From a virus (Duplodnaviria; Caudoviricetes), in the IMG/VR virus record IMGVR_UViG_3300016265_000843, positions 1-41,501 of that record: DNA of 41,501 nt. The stretch is one strand, 5' to 3'. Under the pieces are notes generated by a model. It saw only the letters and a list, made by a program, of their open reading frames with translations. It made no database searches and had not been told where the DNA came from. The number at the start of each line of letters is the position of its first letter. Position 1 is the stretch's first letter. Of this stretch, positions 36,077 through 41,501 are shown one piece after another. The position numbers and the translations under genes were made by a program.

Positions 36077-36400
36077 TTGGATCTGGCTCAACTGCAAAGG
36101 GCTCTGGGCCTTTTCGCAACTTTGGACCCGACAGAGTTTCCGCTCCATCGGGCGCAGCTGTTTCTTGAGGTCGCCAGCGCGGGAGCGGCAGGCGTCACCT
36201 TTGCCCAGCTGGAGGAGGCCCTGAACCTCACGAACGGCTCCGTCTCTCGCGGCGTCGCCTCCCTGGGGGCGATCGACCGCCGCGGTGGAGCCGGCTACCG
36301 ACTGGTGGAGACCTTCAAGGACCCCGCCGAGCCCCGCCGGTTTCGGGTGCGCCTCTCAGCCAAGGGCCGCGCCTTGCTGAGGCAACTCGAAACCACCTGA
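36077..36400 (+). CDS. MarR-like winged-HTH protein 2
   Basis: FLEVA, TFAQLEEALNLTNGSVSRGVASL, LVETFKDPAEPRRFRVRLSAKGR; TTG start. Confidence 0.85.
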   Translation: MDLAQLQRALGLFATLDPTEFPLHRAQLFLEVASAGAAGVTFAQLEEALNLTNGSVSRGVASLGAIDRRGGAGYRLVETFKDPAEPRRFRVRLSAKGRALLRQLETT

Positions 36401-36425
36401 TCACCACTCGCAACCACACCACACC

Positions 36426-37421
36426 ATGGCCGGATCAGTCAGAAAGGCGCCTGATGGCACCTGGATCGCCGACGTTTCGGTGAACGGCACTCGCCGCACC
36501 GCCCGGTGTCGCAGCAAGGCCGACGCCCTGCAGCGCAAACGGGAACTGCTGGAACAGCTGCTGCAGCGCGACGCCCATCCCACCGTGGGGTTCACGCTGG
36601 CCGACGCCCGAGCGCTGAGCTTGCGGGTGCGCTGGGACGGCACCGCCTACGAGCGAACCGCTGCCATCTACAGCCAACAGGCGGTCGACCACTTCGGCAG
36701 CGGCTGCCCGGTGGAGGCCATCACCACGCCAGCCGTCGACGCCTGGCGCCAGAAGCTGCTCGCCGGCGGCAACCGCCCGTCGACCGTCAACCGCAAGGTG
36801 TCGGCGCTGCGAGCGATGCTGGCCGACGCTCAGCTTCATGGCCACCTGGTGGAGCTGCCGCGGATGCCGCAGCAGCTGCGCAACGGTGGCCACCGCGATC
36901 GAGTGATCAGCGACGACGAACGCGATCGCCTCTGCCTGGCATTCCGCGAGCTGGGACAACCCGCCGCGGCTGATCTGCTGGTGTTCCTGCTGGAGACCGC
37001 CTGCCGGTGGGGGGAGGCCGAGCGGTTGCGCTGCGAGCACGTCGACTTGGTGAAGGGCCGCGCCACGTTCTGGGCCACCAAGAACGGCAAGCCCCGCACC
37101 GTCCCGTTGACCAGGCGGGCTGTTGATGCCCTGCTGCCTCACCACACCGCAGGCCTGCCAGCGGCTCGCGTGTGGCCCTACTCCTACCGACAGTTCCAGT
37201 GGTGCTGGGACACGGCCAAACAGGCCGCCGGCCTGGGCGAGGACCGCTCGCTCACGATCCACATCACACGCCACACCTGTGCCTCCAGGCTGGCCAGCCG
37301 TGGCATCCCCCTGCACCAGCTGATGGCCTTTGGTGGATGGACATCGCTGGCCTCGGTGCAGCGCTATCTGCACCTGAACACCGACGCCTTGAGCGCTTGC
37401 GTCAGTGCATTGGAGGCCTGA
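36426..37421 (+). CDS. int: Tyrosine integrase
   Basis: Catalytic set: TACR (R), TKNGK (K), HITRH (HxxR), GGW, VQRYLH (Y); N-terminal arm-binding-like segment; STVNRKVSAL. Confidence 0.95.
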   Translation: MAGSVRKAPDGTWIADVSVNGTRRTARCRSKADALQRKRELLEQLLQRDAHPTVGFTLADARALSLRVRWDGTAYERTAAIYSQQAVDHFGSGCPVEAITTPAVDAWRQKLLAGGNRPSTVNRKVSALRAMLADAQLHGHLVELPRMPQQLRNGGHRDRVISDDERDRLCLAFRELGQPAAADLLVFLLETACRWGEAERLRCEHVDLVKGRATFWATKNGKPRTVPLTRRAVDALLPHHTAGLPAARVWPYSYRQFQWCWDTAKQAAGLGEDRSLTIHITRHTCASRLASRGIPLHQLMAFGGWTSLASVQRYLHLNTDALSACVSALEA

Positions 37422-37433
37422 TCAACCCACGCC

Positions 37434-37472
37434 AACGCCCCCGTTTGTGGATGCGTCCACCGGGGGCGTTTT
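37434..37472 (+). terminator. Hairpin/terminator after the integrase
   Basis: AACGCCCCCG-TTT-GTGGA-TGCG-TCCAC-CGGGGGCGTT-TT. Confidence 0.7.
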
Positions 37473-37545
37473 GCTGCCGCAGCGATCGGCAGCGACGCGC
37501 AGCACGCAGCGCCCCAAAAACCCCAGATCCCTTATGCTTACTGGC

Positions 37546-37589
37546 GGGAGCATGGCGGAAATGGCAGACGCAGCGGACTTAAAAACCGC
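37546..37589 (+). other. Putative attP core: 5' half of tRNA-Leu(UAA)
   Basis: GGGAGCA-TG-GCGGAAATGGCAGACGC-A-GCGGA-CTTAAAA-ACCGC gives acceptor 5' strand, D arm and anticodon arm (TAA at 37580-37582); no T arm or acceptor 3' strand follows. Confidence 0.85.
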
Positions 37590-37740
37590 TCTGCTCATCT
37601 GCATCCACCCAGAGTTAAGCGAAACAGCAGCCTGTGGCAGGCGAAACGCGGCTCTGCGAGGGTGAAGCGGTCGAGCCGCTGAAAACCCCAGTTGGATGCG
37701 GCGCGAAATCAGAAAACGTGCGTCCACCCCTGTGGATTTG

Positions 37741-40062
37741 ATGCCGACGCAGCAGCAGATCGCATCTGCCCGGGCCATCCGCGCCCGCTTGATCAGCCGC
37801 GGCCAGGAGAGCTCAACCGAATACGGCAGGGCCCTGTTTGCCACCCATGGGCAGGCCCTGGCCGACGCGCTTGATGCGCTGATGACCCGCTTCGTGGTGG
37901 ACCCGGCCATCGCTGGCCCCCACTACGAGGCGCTGCCGCTGCTGCTGCACTTCGCCACGGTGGGCGTCCGGCCAGTCGCCAGCGTGGCGCTGACCAAGGT
38001 GCTCGACGGGATCAGCGCAAGGCATCGCCACCGCAAACTGGCCATGGCCATCGGCCGCGCCATCGAGGACGAGGTGCGAGCCGGGCGGATCAAGCACCAC
38101 GACCGGGACACCCTGCGGCTCTTGCTCCGTCATGAAGGCAAGCGAACGGTGCTGGCCCCCAGCACGTTGCGCAGCCTCCGCCTACCAGCGGATCGATGGA
38201 CTCAGCACGATCGGGTATCGGTGGGATCCCTGCTGCTGCGGCTGATCGTCTCCGAAACCGACCTGGTGCAGATCGTCTCCCAGGCAGTGCGGGGCGTCAT
38301 GGTGCTGATGGTGGAGGCAACACCGGCGACGCTGGAGCTGGTGCGCTCGATGCCCCTGGACATCAGGCCAGAACGCGGCCGGCCCCAGCTGACGCCACCC
38401 GAACCACGAGACGGTTACGCCGGCCTGGTGCGACGGCGCGACGGCGCGTCGACGGATTACATGCAGCAGGCCGGCCCGGCTGCGCTGGCGGCCGTGCAAC
38501 GGCTGGAGGCCCAGCCGGTGACGGTTGACCCCTGGATGGCCGATGTGCAGCAGCAGGCATGGGCGGCAAACATCCGCGGCCTGTTCTCTGTGACCCGCGA
38601 TCCGGCGCAAGCTCCGCCGCGACCGCACGACGCGACCGACCACGAGGCGATGGCCAACTGGAGACGGCAGGAGCGGGCCGCCTGGGCTGATGGGCGGGAG
38701 CATGGCCGTGCCCGCGAGCGCATTGACGAAGCGATCCGCGAGGCGCAGTGCCTCGCCGGACAATCGATCTGGTTCCGCTACGACCTGGACTTTCGCGGGC
38801 GGGTCTACACCGCCAATCGCACGACCACCCATCAGGGGCCTGACCACGAAAAGGCGCTGCTGTGGCTGCCGCCCGAGCCCTGCGACGAGGAGGCCGCCGA
38901 CTGGATGCTGCGGGCCTGCGCTGGCCACTGGGGGCTGAGCCGTGCCAGCTGGGATGAACGGCTGCGTTGGGGGCGGGACAACATCGATCGGCTGGTCGCC
39001 GTGGCCGACGCGCCGCTGGATCAGGTGGAGCTCTGGCGTGATGCCGCCGATCCCTGGCAGTTCCTGCAGATGGCCCGCGCCTTTCGGCTGTGGCTGGGGG
39101 ACCCGGCAACCCCGATCGGTGCGCCGGTGCGCCTCGATCAGACCACCTCTGGCCTGGGCATCGCCGCAGCCCTGGTGCGCGACGAGCGATTGGCGCGTGA
39201 AACCAATCTGATCGGGTCTACCCGGCACGACATCTATCAGCGGGTGGCCGATGAGCTGGTGGCCGCGCTGCAGCGTGAGCTGGAGGCGGGGGTGCCATCC
39301 CATCAACGCCATGCCGCGCAGTGGCTGGAGATCGGCATTACCCGCTCGCTGTGCAAGGAGCCGGTGATGGCGGCCATCTATGGAGGGCAGTTCCAGAGCC
39401 TGTTCGATGGTCTGGCGGACCACCTGCGCAATGCGGCGCTGCCAAAGCGGGCCAGTGAATACGAGCGCAGCGTGGTGATTCCGGCGCGTTTTCTGGCGAA
39501 GCTGATGAAGGAGACCCTTCAGCCAGAGCTGGCGCCGTTGCTGGCGCTGAAGGACTGGCTGAAGGGAGCCAGCGCCGCCGTGGTGAAACAGCAGCAGCAG
39601 TTGCGCTGGACGTCGCCGAGCGGTTTCCCGGTGGTGCTAGGCGGCAAGCGGCGGGCTCATGCGCCAGCTCACACGCTGCTGCATGGCTCCAGGGGATGGG
39701 AGACACCTGACAGCGACGAGCGCCGGCGCGAGCTGAGCGTGCTGGCAACCAACCGAAGCATCACCGCCAACCTGGTGCATTCGTTTGACGCGGCCTTGGT
39801 CCATGCCGTGATCTGCAGGGCTGAAGCAGTGAGCGCACACGTCCTGACAAATCACGATTGCTTTGCCGTGACGCCAGCTCGGGCTCAGTGGCTGCACCAA
39901 ACGCTGCTTGGCGAGTTGCGTTCCCTTTACATGCCGGACTGGCTTGATGAAATCCGAGCCGAGATCACGACACACAGCGGCATTCCTGGCCTGCCAGCGC
40001 CGCCAATGGTTGGCACGCTGAACCCGGCTCGCATCGGCCAGAACCCCTACGTCTTTTCCTAG
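37741..40062 (+). CDS. Single-subunit T7-like DNA-directed RNA polymerase
   Basis: DFRGRVY, DPWQFL, PVRLDQTTSG (motif A), RSLCKEPVMAAIYGG (motif B), WTSPSGFPV, NLVHSFDA, NHDCF (motif C); start 37741 preferred over 37696. Confidence 0.95.
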   Translation: MPTQQQIASARAIRARLISRGQESSTEYGRALFATHGQALADALDALMTRFVVDPAIAGPHYEALPLLLHFATVGVRPVASVALTKVLDGISARHRHRKLAMAIGRAIEDEVRAGRIKHHDRDTLRLLLRHEGKRTVLAPSTLRSLRLPADRWTQHDRVSVGSLLLRLIVSETDLVQIVSQAVRGVMVLMVEATPATLELVRSMPLDIRPERGRPQLTPPEPRDGYAGLVRRRDGASTDYMQQAGPAALAAVQRLEAQPVTVDPWMADVQQQAWAANIRGLFSVTRDPAQAPPRPHDATDHEAMANWRRQERAAWADGREHGRARERIDEAIREAQCLAGQSIWFRYDLDFRGRVYTANRTTTHQGPDHEKALLWLPPEPCDEEAADWMLRACAGHWGLSRASWDERLRWGRDNIDRLVAVADAPLDQVELWRDAADPWQFLQMARAFRLWLGDPATPIGAPVRLDQTTSGLGIAAALVRDERLARETNLIGSTRHDIYQRVADELVAALQRELEAGVPSHQRHAAQWLEIGITRSLCKEPVMAAIYGGQFQSLFDGLADHLRNAALPKRASEYERSVVIPARFLAKLMKETLQPELAPLLALKDWLKGASAAVVKQQQQLRWTSPSGFPVVLGGKRRAHAPAHTLLHGSRGWETPDSDERRRELSVLATNRSITANLVHSFDAALVHAVICRAEAVSAHVLTNHDCFAVTPARAQWLHQTLLGELRSLYMPDWLDEIRAEITTHSGIPGLPAPPMVGTLNPARIGQNPYVFS

Positions 40063-40116
40063 GACTCTCCTAAGACGGTCCTAGGTGTTGCCTAGGAGGC
40101 ATCAACGCTGTACGTT
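40057..40116 (+). promoter_or_regulatory. Four TCCTAGGA-type boxes at 11-bp period overlapping a sigma70-like promoter
   Basis: TCCTAGGA 40057, TCCTAAGA 40068, TCCTAGGT 40079, GCCTAGGA 40090; TTGCCT (40088)-17 bp-TACGTT (40111). Confidence 0.8.
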
Positions 40117-40145
40117 TGCAGCGCATCTGCATCCGTTCAGAGCTG

Positions 40146-40802
40146 ATGGGATCCAAAGTCATCGTGTCGCCCGCTGGTTCGCTCCAGTGGGCCAAGGTCT
40201 GCAAGCCCGGCGTGGTCAACCGGGGCAAGCCCGGCGAGCGGGAGCAGTGGTCCTGCGACCTGCTGCTGGAGAAGGGCGACGCCGAGGCGCAGGCGTTTGT
40301 GAAGCAGTTGAAGGCTGAGTTCGTTGAGCGCCACGGCAATGCCGCCCGGCCCGGCCCAAACGGCCTGCCCTTCAAGACCCACCTGGATCAGGCCGGCGAC
40401 GAAACCAACCTCTGGCAGTTCCGTTTTGCCCGGAACGTGGTCACCAGCCGCGGCCATGAACTGAGCCCGCCGCTGGTGCAGGACGCAGCGGGAACGCTGT
40501 GGCCCAAGGACGTGCTGATCGGCAACGGCAGCACCGGCAAGGTGGCGTTCGACATCTGGCACTGGTCCAACCCCGAGGCCGGGAAAGGCATCAGCCTCAA
40601 CCTGCAGGGCGTGCGTGTGCTCTACCTGGTGGAGTACCAGGCGCCTGATGTGGGCGAAGCGTTCGGCGAACCCGAGGCCGGCTATGTGCTGACCGGCCAG
40701 GAGACCCGCACCGCACCTCAGGGCCAGGCCCCGGCCCCGGCTGCAACGCCGGCTGCCGCCCTTGATGGCTGGCCGGATGACAGCGAGGAGGTCCCGTTCT
40801 GA
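40146..40802 (+). CDS. Single-stranded DNA-binding protein (T7 gp2.5-like)
   Basis: SPAGSLQWAKV..P, PPLVQDA.G, IGNGSTGKV, GISLNLQGVRVL.LVEY, acidic tail ending EEVPF. Confidence 0.88.
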   Translation: MGSKVIVSPAGSLQWAKVCKPGVVNRGKPGEREQWSCDLLLEKGDAEAQAFVKQLKAEFVERHGNAARPGPNGLPFKTHLDQAGDETNLWQFRFARNVVTSRGHELSPPLVQDAAGTLWPKDVLIGNGSTGKVAFDIWHWSNPEAGKGISLNLQGVRVLYLVEYQAPDVGEAFGEPEAGYVLTGQETRTAPQGQAPAPAATPAAALDGWPDDSEEVPF

Positions 40803-41170
40803 TGACGCAAGTTCGCACGGCCGATTTCGTCGTGCCCCTGCCGCTGCAACCCAAGAGCCGCCCACGGTTCGGCCGTGGCAAGGCCTTCAAGGACAGCAAG
40901 TATCGGGCCTGGATGGAATCGTGCCGGGCGATTCTTGCCGAGTGGTGGACCATCCCGCCACTACAGAAAGGCCAAGTGGTCGCGCTGCACCTCACCTTCT
41001 ACGGGCCTGGCACCAGCGATCTCGACAACCTGCAGGGCGCCGTTCTGGATGCCGGCAAGGGTGTCGTCTGGACCGACGACCGGGTGACGGTGCTGCGCCG
41101 CATCGAAGCGCAGTGGGAACCAGCACCACGCAGCCAACAGCAAATCGCAATCAAGGTGATCTACACATGA
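40802..41170 (+). CDS. rusA: RusA-like Holliday junction resolvase
   Basis: PKSRPRF, DLDNLQGAVLDA..GVVWTDDRV catalytic Asp pattern. Confidence 0.85.
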   Translation: MTQVRTADFVVPLPLQPKSRPRFGRGKAFKDSKYRAWMESCRAILAEWWTIPPLQKGQVVALHLTFYGPGTSDLDNLQGAVLDAGKGVVWTDDRVTVLRRIEAQWEPAPRSQQQIAIKVIYT

Positions 41171-41501
41171 CCGCAACACTGGCGACAGCCAACGAGCCGA
41201 TCGTCATCACGCAGTATCAGGTACTGCTGGATGACATCAAGGAGGCGCAGCAAACTGCGACGCCATCGTTCGAGTACGACAGCAAGGAAGGCAACAAGGC
41301 CGCCCGCTCCTACATCTTCCAGCTGCGCAAGCTGCGCGGCCGGATTGAATCGGAACGCAAGGAGGCCAAGAGCTACGCCCTTGCCTATGGCAAGCGGGTG
41401 GATGAACAGGCCAAGGAGCTGATGGCCCAGGTGGATGAACTGATCCTTCCCCACCAGGAAGCGATCGATGCCATCGCCCGCCGCGAAGCCGAGCGGGTGG
41501 C
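41167..41501 (+). CDS. N-terminal fragment of a coiled-coil phage protein (lambdoid early-region type), truncated by the window end
   Basis: ATG 41167 overlaps the rusA stop; FEYDSKEGNKAARSYIFQLRKLRGRIESERKEAK...GKRVDEQAKEL; open to the end. Confidence 0.75.
   Translation, partial: MTATLATANEPIVITQYQVLLDDIKEAQQTATPSFEYDSKEGNKAARSYIFQLRKLRGRIESERKEAKSYALAYGKRVDEQAKELMAQVDELILPHQEAIDAIARREAERV

Larger units (their letters stand above)
1..41501. mobile_element. Temperate T7-like (Autographiviridae-like) podovirus genome, near complete, circularly permuted
   Basis: T7-type RNAP, SSB, exonuclease, portal-scaffold-capsid-tail tube-internal virion-tail fibre-terminase gene order; integrase with attP-like tRNA fragment; no host housekeeping genes; ORFs truncated at both window ends look like two parts of one protein. 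Confidence 0.95.

Noticed and set aside
35916-36224. ORF between the two MarR-like genes
   Set aside because: Overlaps MarR2 out of frame and runs through the operator-like boxes; more likely regulatory DNA
32827-36425. CRISPR array or mini-array from the CCACA and 80 bp repeats
   Set aside because: Repeats are separated by whole genes of variable length, not constant-size spacers; no cas genes
37546-37630. Complete tRNA-Leu gene
   Set aside because: No variable arm/T arm (GGTTCGA) or acceptor 3' strand follows the anticodon arm; treated as an att fragment
1-41501. Photosynthesis/metabolic auxiliary genes (psbA, hli, talC, nrd) and HIP1 enrichment as host evidence
   Set aside because: No such genes recognised and only a few GCGATCGC sites noticed; the cyanobacterial host remains an inference

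Overview
The window reads as a nearly complete, GC-rich, circularly permuted genome of a temperate T7-like podovirus (Autographiviridae-like). The host is most plausibly a picocyanobacterium, inferred from the cyanopodovirus-type MarR-integrase-tRNA-Leu-RNAP arrangement. The T7-type core is recognisable: single-subunit RNA polymerase, gp2.5-like SSB, gp6-like exonuclease, portal, scaffold, capsid, tail tube A/B, internal virion proteins, tail fibre and both terminase subunits. There are six main departures from T7. (1) No DNA polymerase or primase/helicase is visible; that slot holds a lambdoid-looking block (RusA, an NrdR-type Zn ribbon fused to an initiator-like domain, a helicase-loader-like protein). 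(2) A tyrosine integrase is followed by the 5' half of tRNA-Leu(UAA), a putative attP. (3) TerL and a RepL-like wHTH gene lie on the opposite strand. (4) Two dispersed DNA motif families occur: TCCTAGGA boxes phased every 11 bp at three control points, and CTGCAC-NN-GTGCAG palindromes mostly at the heads of late genes. (5) Early genes are built as hairpin + CCACACCACACC + RBS cassettes, with ardA flanked by an ~80 bp structured direct repeat. (6) A ~1,840 aa polyvalent protein (ParB-like + HExxH) lies among the ejection proteins, and the capsid protein carries an inserted beta-rich domain. All protein assignments come from motif recognition by eye; no database searches were run.
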